This document shows, piece after piece, positions 11,201-22,255 of a stretch of DNA of 64,000 bases. Numbering within the stretch: the stretch's first letter is position 1; every line of letters starts with the position of its first letter. The DNA is from Hemiscyllium ocellatum (taxonomy: Eukaryota): contig NW_026867451.1 of assembly GCF_020745735.1 (NCBI RefSeq), positions 124,001 to 188,000 of the forward strand, read 5' to 3'. A program made the translations under genes and the position numbers. The notes below the pieces were generated by a model. That model was not told the DNA's origin. It made no database searches and worked only from the letters and a program-made list of their open reading frames with translations.

Positions 11201-14200
11201 ACCATCAGCAATGACAGTTGGACAGAATGCCCTTGTTGTGGGCTGGAAACATGGAGGCAACTTTCACATTAAACTTTACTTTTTTTACTGAACAGAATGT
11301 GTACTCTTTTAGAAAACGAAAGTGAATAAATCCCAAATTAAAAATGGCATATTTTAATATTGAGTGAAATTGTGATATTGGTTCAGGATGTTTTTGATTG
11401 ATTTATATTTGTCTCAAATATTCTGCAGTGATTAATCCGCTGGAGCCATCAGTGTCGGTCCCCCTGCCACCAACAGAAGAAATCTCCGCTCAGAGGTTTC
11501 TCTCCCTCACCTGTTTAGTGAGAGGTTTCTCCCCCCGAGAGATCTTCGTCAAGTGGACAAACAATGACAAGCCGGTGAATCCCAGTAACTACAAGAACAC
11601 CGAGGTGATGGCAGAGAGTGACAACACTTCCTTCTTCATCTACAGCCTGTTATCCATTACAGCGGAGGAGTGGGCCAGCGGTGCTTCTTACTCCTGTGTG
11701 GTGGGACATGAAGCGATTCCATTGAAGATCATCAACAGAACAGTCGATAAATCCAGCGGTAAACCGAGTTTCGTAAACATTTCACTTGCACTGATGGACA
11801 CTGTTAATTCATGTCAATAAAAATCTCAAAGTTGCATTTAATAATTCAACAGAAGTAATAAAGTTTCTTTTTCCTCCAGTTGTGAGTTAAATACTGAATG
11901 AGTTGTTTCTCACTCTGACTTCCATTCCATCTCTGTAGTTAAAGTGGGTTATTAACAGGTCTAGGACAAGTGTCTTGTGCAGTTAATGTTCTCTGCTCAG
12001 ATACATCCTGGGTCAGAGACAGAGTAAAGCTCACTCATTGCAGGATTCCGCCAAGTCCCTTGTCCATCTTAAATCCCTCTGTGACAAAATCTGACAATGT
12101 CCATTTTATGTCAAGGGTAGAGCACGAGTTTTGAACTTGGTGTTCTTGATTCCCCTGATTGGACATTCTGATAAAATTCATGTCAGTTTTAAACTGCCAC
12201 ATTGCACCAATTGGAAATGTAAATTTAAGACAGTTTCAAATTAAATTTGATTGGAACATACCAATCGTAAAGAGTGCAGAACAGTTTGAATGTAACCGTT
12301 GTTTCTGGGGAACTGCCAGGGATCTTGCGCCAGCGCATGAGTTGACAGAATATATCTTCACTTTCACACCAAAGAGAAATGACAGATAAGTTGTCGTGGA
12401 GCAGAGGGGAGGGGAACGATGAATGGTCTGTCCTCTTGCTCCCTGTGCAGAGTTTTCATGGTCGATGTCCTCTGTAATGTAACCCAGTTACTAACAGGAA
12501 CAGTCAGCTTCTTGCTTACTGTCCAAAGATTTAACATTTCCATGCAAAATAATACCTTTGAAACATGTTGGACACGCTTGGCTCTGTTAACAAATGATTA
12601 ACATTGATTCCCCTAATCCAAAACTGGTGTTTGCATTGTCCCGGTTTGAATTCTATAGTTTTGTCTCAGTTTTCTGGAGCACATGGGATCAATTCTGGTA
12701 TTCGAATACCTGATACCATTTTGTTTCACATACAGAACACAAGTAGGCATTTTCTAATAAACATATTCAGAAATGTTATCTCTGGGGCAGTGGGGATTTG
12801 AACTCACGCCTTTTCTCTCAGAGACAGAAATTCTATCACTGCAACAGAAGAGTTGCTCATAAAACGCTTATCTCTTCACGACGATGGGAAATGTTTCCTA
12901 CAACACCAAGGTCAAATCTAATTATAGGCAATCCATTAAAATTAGAACAATAAATTAGAATAATAAAAATTGCAGCCTGGTATAAGAACAGATACAGAGA
13001 GATGATCGCAAATACACACGGAATGACACATATATGGGCTCTCACCTAAAGACACATATTGATGTGCACACTCAAATGTGCATACAGATAAGATGTCACA
13101 CACGCATACTCGCACAGAGCCACACATGCAAGTGGTACTTGAACACTCACCTAAGCTCATACAAAAACTCACATACACCGAAAGAAAATTATTTGCACAA
13201 ATGATCAGGGTACTCACACTTAACCATGAGAAATATAGACACACGGTAACACACGAATGGGCATGAATACATATACATTCATACAGCACAATGCGTACAG
13301 ACATACACGCATGAACACACAGATACAAATTCCAAAAAATGTCCTCCCACATGTCAACTCACACAGGTACATAAGTGCACAGAGATAAACATTAATATCA
13401 TTATTTTCCCATTTTCAGAATCACAAACATACGATGACAGAGGCAGCTTAATTAGTTATTTTTAAACCACATTGATCAGCATGTATACAATGTCACACGT
13501 ACACACACATTCAGAGTCTCACATGCAGACACACAAGTGCATAGATCAATAAATAGAGGGGCGTTTATTAAATAAGGATAATGAGCACAAGCATCAGCAA
13601 GCATCCACACACAGTAACACAAACAAGCTTCTCAGGAGATGGTTTGGGAAAGATTGCCACACAAGCAGACATCATCATATAAATATAAACATCCATCAAA
13701 ACATGACGTTGCATGCTAACATTTATTAAGCATAAACATGAAAATAACCTAGTTTAGGTAGGACCTGAAACAGACACATAAGCACGCATTTTAGATAGCA
13801 CTAATGAAAAGTGAACACTCACAAAGACATTACAAGATAAGCATAGGCAGCAATGAAGTGGCATATTCGCATAATGATGCTTACACAATGTGAAAAGACC
13901 AAAATTTCGGTGCACAAACACATGAGAACACTAGCAGTAAAGGAACAGGAATATGTTTATTCATGCACAGACTCCAACATGGGCAAGAGTGAAGTAAGAG
14001 GCACTCATAACCACATACACAACCATTAAAGGGAAACCAAACACACCAAGCAGTAGGTCAAATAAATTAAGGGACACATGTACAAAAACTTATTCCTAAA
14101 TATACAGATCCTACAAACAAAAATATGAAGCAATGTCCTGACTGTGATGTCACTTATATTCACGATTTGCCAAGCAATTGGTCACCAATACATAAAGGTG

Positions 14201-14866
14201 AGAATCACATTTGAACTTTTATTCAGTGATGGCCACAATTTTCAACTAAAGTGCTGTCACAGCCTATATTTAAAATATAATGATATAATTAAAATAATCA
14301 TTCGTAATAAGCATTCCTCAAATAATAATATCCTTAAATAATAGATTAAAAGAAAATTAATTTAAAACATTCTGACATGGACAATGAAGAAAGAACATGT
14401 GCAGTCAGTATTTGTAATTTCTTGCTGAGAGTCAATAATGCACTGATGGGTACAGATTAGAGTCACACTTGAGAAATGCCTGACTGCTTTATGAAGATGT
14501 AATGGTCTCTAATTACATGACTTGGATACACATAGATCGATCTGGATCAATAAACGATCTAAATGCGTTCTCTCGGCTTTATATTCATAGATTCAATAGA
14601 TCGCACTTGGATTGAAGACTATGAGGATGATAACAGCAACATCTGGACAACTGCTTCCACGTTCATCAGCTTGTTCTTCCTGAGTATTTTCTACAGCGCT
14701 GCCGTCACTCTGGTGAAGGTGAGAATAATCATATCTTTCTCATGCCAAACAGCCCAATATGTTTTGTGAAATCTCTAAGTGTGCCATTGAATAAACATGA
14801 AATCTGAAAGTCCCTGATCATAAATATCTGTGTCATTGCTTTATCTCTCTTTTCCAGGTTAAGTGA
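4967..14866 (+). CDS. IGHM: Immunoglobulin mu (IgM) heavy-chain constant region, 6 exons (Cmu1-Cmu4 with secretory tail, TM1, TM2) of a shark IgH cluster
   Basis: Four C1-set Ig exons with canonical C...W...C, all phase-1 AG/GT junctions. A secretory tailpiece ends in penultimate Cys, and the TM exons give the KVK tail. The sequences resemble known horn/nurse shark IgM (recognised from memory, not searched). Confidence 0.97.
5480..7620 (-). mobile_element. Heavily decayed CR1-type LINE (RT to endonuclease region) filling the Cmu1-Cmu2 intron; boundaries approximate
   Basis: Patches similar to the CR1 at 35-38 kb; ORF 7290-7559 resembles the endonuclease C-terminus (SDRKSV.F...LTRVDW). Confidence 0.55.
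8382..8693 (+). CDS. IGHM: IgM Cmu2 exon: (G)[46 protein letters not shown]...[20 protein letters not shown]
   Basis: Acceptor cctaaag (an alternative in-frame tacag would start the exon at 8388), donor gtaaga at 8694; C1-set motifs. Confidence 0.94.
8955..9320 (+). mobile_element. CR1-type LINE 3' fragment
   Basis: Typical RT C-terminal coding remnant (AATTTCTTCAGCCAGAGGGTGATGAATCTGTGGAAC). Confidence 0.65.
10673..10981 (+). CDS. IGHM: IgM Cmu3 exon: (E)[47 protein letters not shown]...[22 protein letters not shown]
   Basis: Acceptor tttgtttcatag (NAGNAG; alternative start 10676), donor gtgagc at 10982. Confidence 0.95.
11429..11820 (+). CDS. IGHM: IgM Cmu4 exon plus secretory tailpiece (...[25 protein letters not shown]); internal donor at 11759 used for the membrane form
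   Basis: Acceptor ttctgcag; internal G/GTAAAC donor after 11758; tailpiece with NIS sequon and penultimate Cys; TAA at 11818-11820. Confidence 0.96.
11816..11862 (+). promoter_or_regulatory. Secretory-form polyadenylation signals (AATAAA 11816-11821 overlapping the stop; AATAAA 11857-11862)
   Basis: Two hexamers right after the tailpiece, followed by a T/GT-rich downstream element. Confidence 0.75.
12980..14130 (+). repeat. Degenerate CA-rich low-complexity tract in the secretory-TM intron
   Basis: Dense CACA/ACAC runs; strong A+C strand bias. Confidence 0.7.
14591..14718 (+). CDS. IGHM: IgM TM1 exon: (D)[42 protein letters not shown]
   Basis: Acceptor atattcatag, donor gtgaga at 14719; acidic spacer plus conserved antigen-receptor TM motif (TASTF..LF.LS.FYS...TL). 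Confidence 0.96.
14858..14866 (+). CDS. IGHM: IgM TM2 exon (VK*), completing the cytoplasmic KVK tail
   Basis: Strong pyrimidine tract ttatctctcttttccag followed by GTT AAG TGA. Confidence 0.93.
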   Translation, partial: VK

Positions 14867-15295
14867 ATGAGTTGTGGACCCCTTTGATTTTCCTGATCTG
14901 CTTATCAAGGTCTCTGAATTCCCAATCTACAATCTGTCCTGTTGCTGACTCTAACAGTGAGATCACTTCAGTTTATCAGTGTGTAACTGAGACAATTATT
15001 GATGGATTTTCGTTTTTACTTTGATATCTTTGAAATGGTTGTGGTTGGAAGAATTTGTAGCTTCCCTGTTGTTTGAAGCCCATTTGTTTTGTTTTTATTT
15101 GTTCCTTACTCAGAATGGTTGCCTACCCTTTCTGATGAGCCTTTGTATTCCCTTTCTTGTGGCTGTTACTGATGTACAGAAAATTCCCACCTCACAGCGC
15201 ATGTGTTCTCATCTCAATGTGGCAACCAGCCATTATATTCACTTCTGTTAGCTTTTACATCAACTTTTTGGATAAAAATGCTTTCTGAAATGGTT

Positions 15296-15301
15296 AATAA
15301 A
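15296..15301 (+). promoter_or_regulatory. Probable membrane-form polyadenylation signal
   Basis: First AATAAA I see after the TM2 stop, about 430 nt downstream. Confidence 0.55.
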
Positions 15302-17089
15302 TCTTGAATGAGTATGCACTAACCTTGAGTTTGCTTCATTCGTTCTTCAAGGCCAGTCAGTAATCATACATTTTCCCACATCCTACTCCTTTCCCAGCCA
15401 AATACTTTCACTTGTTCTGTTTGGTTGTGTTTCATCCAGTCATTTAGTTTAATGTTGCGCTGCCATGCCGCCCACTAATGTAAATGCATCTTTCACACGA
15501 TATGCCTGATGGAACACTCCAGAGGCAGAATGATTAGAGAACATTTCCTCTTATGCACCAAAGGTCACGGCCTCGGGTCACGTAATGATACAAATGAGGA
15601 GCTTTGCTCCATCAGAAGCCTATAAAAGGCAGGCAAAGGAGTTTGAAAGTTTACTCTACACCGTCTAAACTACATGTACTCCCAATGTCCGGACAGCCTG
15701 GGTTAGTAATGCATAACTCACCACCTAAAACGCCCAACGAAGCATTCATCAGCCAAAAATGTCAACGTTCAGTCAGGAGGTCAGACACAACATGTGCACA
15801 ATCCAAGGGCGGATTCTCAGAACTGGAGATTTTCTCACACATAAATCTCATGGAGCACTATTCCTGGGATCTATTTGACACACCACACCTGTCAAATCCC
15901 AGGGAATGAGACTGGGATGTATCTGATACAGGGATATTACTGATCAGCAACCCTCAAAAATAATAAATCAGAGGTCGATGTTGATCAGGCAAGTCAGAGC
16001 TCATGAGTCCCTGAAATATTCAGCCATTAGGATCTATATGATGCAAGACGGAGTTGGGAACCAATCATAGCAACTGTTCACAGAGTCTGGGAACTATCAG
16101 CAGAGGAGAACATTCTCAATTTCTCAGAGTTGGTGAGGTGTATCATCCCGGGAATAGTGTTGTGAATCAGTCACGCACCCAATCTCATAATTTTGCCTTT
16201 TGTCAAAAACGTGGCTCCTGAAACTAGATGCAACATTCCAGGTGAGACAAGAGACTGTTTGATTTCAGTTTAACATAATTGCTTTGTGTTTGTTCTCTGC
16301 GGTGTTATTGATGAAGTAGGGTTTAGTTGCTCCTCTGTCCACGTGTCATGGTACACTCCCTGATTTGTGCACATACACATGGAGGATCCTCTGCTCCTTC
16401 ACCCCCTTTGGGTTTACCCCCTTACTATTGTATGTTCCCCTGAGTTCATCACAAAACAAAGAAGCACGTCACCCCTCCCTGAGATGGAGATCTATCTGAC
16501 ACACCGATATTAATGAATAACAATCCTCAAAAATGATCAATCACAGGTTGATTTCGATCAGAGAAGACAAAGATCAGAAGTTCTGGAAACCCTGCTGCTT
16601 TCCATGTCCTTTCCCACAACCCCTCTGTCAAACTTGATGCTCTTAGCTGTTCTTCCAATATCCTAACATTTTACCTTAAATTGCTGTTAATATTTTTCTG
16701 TAATTTTGCATGATGGACCAAAGCACAGGTTGGTACAACAAGGACTCCAAACACTGAACTCGGAGAACGTACACAGTAAGGCAGCCTACATTCTGAAACA
16801 GCAAACACCCGTTAACAAATGGTTGACAAGTACAAAACAGCGGGTGAGATTAACCTGAACTCATCAAAATAAAAGGAAAGTACTCTGGAGGTACAGCGGT
16901 GTAGGCAAGAGCTGGGCAGACAGAGTGGAGTTCGTTTTTTAAAATTCTTGTTTATATCCAGAATTTTCTTTCCACACAATGTAACCTTTTATTTCCCATC
17001 ACCCAAGTCCTCCACAGTCTCTTTATTTTCTGCTACTAACCATCACCAGTAAATTGAATAATTTATGTTCAAAGCCCCTCCCACCATCA

Positions 17090-18010
17090 AAGATACGGCA
17101 AAAGTAGGAAGAGCTAGAAGGAGATTGGAGTCAATTTTTCTTGTGGTGATACATTACTGCTGTTCTAACACAAGGTATTTCTGAGGGATGGTCCAGTGAA
17201 GCTATGTGGATGGAACTCATAAATAAGAAGGGCATAATTACTTTGATGCAATTGTAATAGTCCCCCCAGTAGTCAGAGTGAAATTGAGTAATGAATATGT
17301 GGAGAGATCTTATTTATATGTAAGAATAATAGGATTGCAATAATCGCAAATTTTAACCTTCCAAACATAAAGTGGGACAGTCATGATCTTAAGAGCTTGG
17401 ATGGTGAGGAATTTGGTAAGTGCTAAAGTCAATTTTCTTCATTAATATACAGATGTAACTCTCACAGAAGGAGCAAACCTGACCTACTCTTGTGATATAA
17501 GGCAGGACAAGTGACTGAATGGTTAGTAGGGGAGCTTTTTGGGGCCCGGGTCATATTTTGATTAGTTTAAAATATCTATGGAAAGGATTGGCATTATATA
17601 TAAGTTAAAGTTCTTAATTGAACGAGGGCAAATGAGACAAAAACTTTCAAGAGTTGATTGGAGTAGACTGTTTGCAGCTCAAGGGACGGCCGGCAAGAGT
17701 GAAGCTTTCAGAAGTGAGATAACGAGAGTTCGGAGGTATGATGTTCCTGTTAGTGTGAAGATAAGGCTGGTAAGAGGAGGGAACACTGGAGGAATAAAGA
17801 TATTGAGGCTCTGGTTCAGATTAAGAATGAATCATATATTAGATATCGATAAGTGAGATTCAGTGAATCTCGAAGAGTAAAAGAGGGGCAGGGACATTCT
17901 AAAGAGGAAATGAGGAGGGCAAGAAAGGAAAATGAGATAGCCTTGGCAGATAATGTTCAAGATAATCCAAAGAGATTCGGCTAGTACATTAAGAGCAAAG
18001 GAGTAGATCA
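17090..18010 (+). mobile_element. Decayed CR1 endonuclease-region fragment
   Basis: Remnants such as FNLPNIKWD and homology to the 37.0-37.9 kb CR1 region. Confidence 0.55.
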
Positions 18011-18460
18011 CAGAGTCATAGAGATGTACAACTTGGAAACAGATCTTTCAGTCTCACTTGCCCATGCTGACCAGATATCCTAAACTAATCTAGTCCCATT
18101 TGCCAGTACTTGGCCCATATCCCTCCAAACCCTTCCTATTCTTATACACACTCAGATGCCTTTTAAATGTTGAAATTGCACCAGCCTCCACCACTTCCTC
18201 TGGCAGTTCATTCCATACACACCACCCTCTGCATGAAAAAGTTACTCCTCAGGTACTTTCAACTTTTTCCCCTCTCACTCTAAACCTAGACTCATGAGTG
18301 TAGGTTTAGATGAGACTCCACCCACCTCAGGGAAAAAACCTTGCCTATTCACTGTATCCATGCCTCTAATGATTTTATAAACCTTTATAAAGTCACCCCT
18401 CAGCTTCCAACGCTCCAGAGAAATCAACCCCAGCCTATTCAGCCTCTCCCTATATAACTC
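18010..18460 (-). mobile_element. CR1-type LINE 3' fragment
   Basis: CATAGAGTCATAGAG tail and RT C-terminal remnant. Confidence 0.7.
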
Positions 18461-19050
18461 TACATGGCTGTGAATATGTATCAGCCTAGAGGATTGGCTT
18501 CATAAATCATGTTGCATTTAATATAAATGTTGTTTTTTATTATTATCATTTAGTTTAAAATGGAGGATGGGTGCCTTTTCAATTTATGGTGTGTATGGAA
18601 AGACCTGGAAAGTAAACTACAACAAAAAAATGGACAAAAAGTTATTGTACTACAGATAATGCACCATATCATTCGTGTAAAAAATAATTCCCTGTTTTGA
18701 CCGTGAAGTTAACAGAGTCTATTAATTAGTCCTGTGTTTGTAATAATTTTCATCTATCTGTCATTCTACATTTAGTTGTTGTAGTTAATGTGTGGATTAC
18801 TGCATCTCTCTAAAAATTCAAAACAAAATAAAGTAAAACTGCAAATTAAATATTGCATCTAATTACGACAAAAAAAATTAGCAATACAATGACATGAAAT
18901 TGGAAAGGAATGTTGAAATGTAGCCAATTCTGAGGACTACAAGAAGTTGCAAGAGATCATTAATTAATTTACGGTATGTTCAAATAATTAGCAAATGAAG
19001 ATCCACACAGATAAAGGTAAGGTATTACATCTTGGTAGGAATAATGTGCA

Positions 19051-19738
19051 AGGCGAAAGTGAGGTCTGCAGATGCTGGAGTATCAGAGCTGAAAATGTGT
19101 TGCTGGGAGAGCGCAGCAGGTCAGGCAGCAACCAAGGAACAGGAAATTCAACGTTTCGGGCATAAGCCCTTCATCAGGAATGAGGAATGTGTGTCCAGCA
19201 GGCTAAGATAAAAGGTAGGAAGGAGGGACTTGGGGGAGGGGTGATGGAGATGTGATAGGTGGAAGGATGTCAAGGTGAGGGTGATAGGCCGGAGTGGGGT
19301 GGGGGCGGAGAGGTTAGGAAGAAGATTGCAGGTTAGGAAGGGGGTGCTGAGTTCGAGGGATTCGACTGAGACAAAGTGGGGGGAGGGGAAATGAGGAAAC
19401 TGGAGAAATCTGAGTTCATCCCTTGTGGTTGGAGGGTTCCCAGGCGGAATATGAGGTGCTCTTCCTTCAACCGTCGTGTTGTTATGGTCTGGCGATGGAG
19501 GAGTCCAAGGACCTGCATGTCCTTGGTGGAGTGGAAGGGGGAGTTACAGTGTTGAGCCACGGGGTGGTTGGGTTGGTTGGTCCGGTGTCCCAGAGGTGTT
19601 CTCTGAAATGTTCCACAAGTAGGTGGCCCGTCTCCCCAATATAGAGGAGGCCACATCAGGTGCAGTGGATGCAATAGATGATGTGTGTGGAGGTGCAGGT
19701 GAATTTGTGGCGGATATGGAAGGATCCCTTGGGGCCTT
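19051..19738 (-). mobile_element. 5'-truncated Penelope-like retroelement (family A): GIY-YIG C-terminus, 3' UTR and hammerhead terminus
   Basis: ORF 19333-19674 (..PVAQH.NSP.HSTKDMQVLGLL....RRL.EEHLIFRLGTLQPQGMN) is typical of a PLE GIY-YIG C-terminus; 13-bp TSD GGAATAATGTGCA at 19038-19050 and 19739-19751. Confidence 0.88.
19146..19181 (-). ncRNA. Minimal type-I hammerhead ribozyme, core intact
   Basis: Minus strand: ATTC CTGATGA A GGGC TTAT GCCC GAAA C GT T GAAT. Stem I is AUUC/GAAU, stem II is GGGC/GCCC, stem III is the palindromic ACGU, and the cleavage triplet is GUU. Confidence 0.78.
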
Positions 19739-19749
19739 GGAATAATGTG

Positions 19750-20450
19750 CAGGTCACTTATTCAAAGATGCACGTCTAAGTGAGGGAGACAAACAAAGGG
19801 ATTTCAGACAATTACATCAGTCACTAACAATTTCACCACAGGTTCCAAAGGCCATAAAAATGTAAACAAAGTACTAAGTTTTATCTCTAAAGGGATAGAT
19901 TTGAAAGTAGGGTCACTATAAAAATTTGGTTGACTATAATTAAGAGTATTATTTGCAGTTCGAGTTGACATATTATAGAATGTATGAGAGAGAGTAAAGA
20001 GATGATTTATGAGAATGCTCCACAAGTTTCTGGCTGTGTATATCCAGGAAGAATTGTTGTGCTGTTCACTTCTCTCTTGAAAAGAAGGCTGACAGTTCGA
20101 AAATTAAGAAAGGTTTTGAAAAGAGAAGGTACAAAGAAAACATTTCACTGTGGGATAGAATATAACTCGAGGCTGTCAATATAAGACGGTACCTCAAGAA
20201 GTCCAAAAGGGAATTCAGAGGAAACCTCTTCACTGAAAGAATGATGAGAATGGGGAATATGTGACCAGACGGAATAGTTGAAATCAATAGTTTAGATGTA
20301 TTTCAAGGAAACTAGGCGAGCACTAGGAAGGGATGGGAATAGAGAATTACAACGGGCGATTTAGATGAGGAAAGATGTGAAACACCTTGAGTGGAACATA
20401 AGCACTGGCATGAACTGATTGTGCCAAATGGTCTGTTTTTCCTCTATAAT
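19750..20450 (+). mobile_element. Decayed CR1-type LINE 3' fragment
   Basis: RT C-terminal remnant and GGGCCAAATGG-like 3' motif; highly diverged. Confidence 0.5.
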
Positions 20451-21504
20451 CCTACGTAGAAAATCACCATTGCATGAAACAAAAAGTGCATTAAGAACAT
20501 TTAGAAGAATTATAAAGTTTCTCACAAAAAGTCTCAAGTATCCAGCACTGAATGTAAATGATTTTATCACATGGCCACACTTCACGATTTGCTTGATAGC
20601 ACTGAAACAGCAGTAATCACAGTACTCTTACTAGGAGTATGAGTAACCTATTGTCCTTGCACCAATTGGGGGATCTTAATGACTTATTAATGGCCTCAGT
20701 AGGAGCTGCCAACCTGGTCCTGGGAATGTTGTGAACACTCTAGCCCTCACGGCTTCTTTCACTCACTTACTCTGATTTCCAGTTCCCGTAGTGATCACCA
20801 CCATGGACAGGGGACTGTTCCAGTGTGCAGATGGGATACCCTGTTGTGAGCCACAAGGTACTTCATTAGGAGGGACATCCTCCAGGTGTGTCACTAGGAT
20901 GCAGGGGGAGGTCTCCCACACAATGGAGGACCTTACTGCTAATAAACTGCCAGCATTTGCGGGAACACACTCTACATTGACCACCTGAGTGGTCATCCTT
21001 TCCCAAATTTGGGATCAATAACATACTACGGAGGTGGAAACTCCTTCCTTCCCTTCTCATCTTCCACCCTATTATCCACCTAATGACCTTGCAGCCTGTC
21101 CCTAGAGGGCTGATAGAACCCAGTCCCATTCCAATATTCAAGAACATGAAGAGCTGGCAACCTGGTCAAAATTGACAAAGCTTAACACAAACAGTCTTGG
21201 CCTGACCGTCAAACTCTAAAGTGTAACTTGAGATGAGTTCAATAAAAATGGCAGAAGTACAGAAACAACCACTTCCATCTGTCAGAAACACATGTCTATG
21301 AATGGGAACGGGTGGTCTGCTATTTGGAATGGAGCAGTGCATTTGAAAAGTTAATGAGGAGCAGCAATGTTTTGTGATGGACGTGTGCACAGTTTGAAGC
21401 TGTTTGCTGATTCAGTTTTGTTAAAGGTTTGGCAGATACATTCCAATGAGAATCAATTAAATCTGCCAAAGTGGATATTAATACTCACATTTATGAGATG
21501 CTTT

Positions 21505-22255
21505 AACATAGAACATAGAAAAATACAACACAGAACAGGCCCTTTGGCCCATGACAGTGTGCCGAGGTCTAATCCTAATGTAAAATATAACAACCGACAC
21601 ATCCCTCAACTCACTGCTAAACATGTGCATGTCCAGCAGTCACTTAAATGTCCCTAATGACTCTGTTTCCACCACCACCGCTGGCAATGTATTCCATGCA
21701 TTCACAACACTCTGCATAAAGAACCTAATCTAATATCTCCTCTATACCTTTCTCCTAATATCTTAAAACTATGACCCCCCTCGTGCCAGTCAATCCTGCC
21801 CTGGGGAAAATTCTCTAGCTATTGACTTTATCTATTCCTCTCATTATTTTGTATACCTCAATCAGGTCTCCTCTCTTCTTCCTTCTCCAGAGAGAAAAGT
21901 CTGAGCTTATTCAACCTTTCTTCATAAGGCAAGCCCTCCAGTTCAGGCAGCATCCTGGCAAACCTTCTTTGCACCCTCTCCAAAGCCTCTATCTATTTCT
22001 TATAGCAGGGTGACCAGAACTGGACACAATTTCCAGGTGTGGTCTCACCAGGGACTTGTAGAGCTGTAGCAAAACCTCGCTGCTCTCAAACTCGATTCCC
22101 CTGTAAATGAAAGCCTAAACACCATATGCTTTCTTAACAACCCTATCCACTTGGGTGGCAACTTTGAGGGATCTATGTACTTGCACACCCAGATCCCTCT
22201 GTTCCTCCACACTGCCAAGAATCCTGCCTTTAACCCTATATTCAGCATTCGAGTG
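21505..22255 (-). mobile_element. CR1/HER1-type LINE 3' fragment
   Basis: CATAGAACATAGAA tail plus ACAGAACAGGCCCTTTGGCCC; colinear with 35293-36010. Confidence 0.8.

Noticed and set aside
12942-13352. 136-aa ORF on the minus strand
   Set aside because: Low-complexity C/V/M translation of the TG-rich strand of the CA tract.
14549-14554. AATAAA just upstream of the TM1 acceptor
   Set aside because: It lies in the branch-point region with no clear downstream element; probably chance.
4967-14866. IgNAR, IgW or IgM1gj identity
   Set aside because: Four C domains including Cmu2, an L-chain Cys in the first domain, and a mu-type tailpiece and TM fit conventional IgM.
20640-21150. Overlapping short ORFs suggesting a gene or TE
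   Set aside because: No recognisable domain or splice structure; left unassigned.
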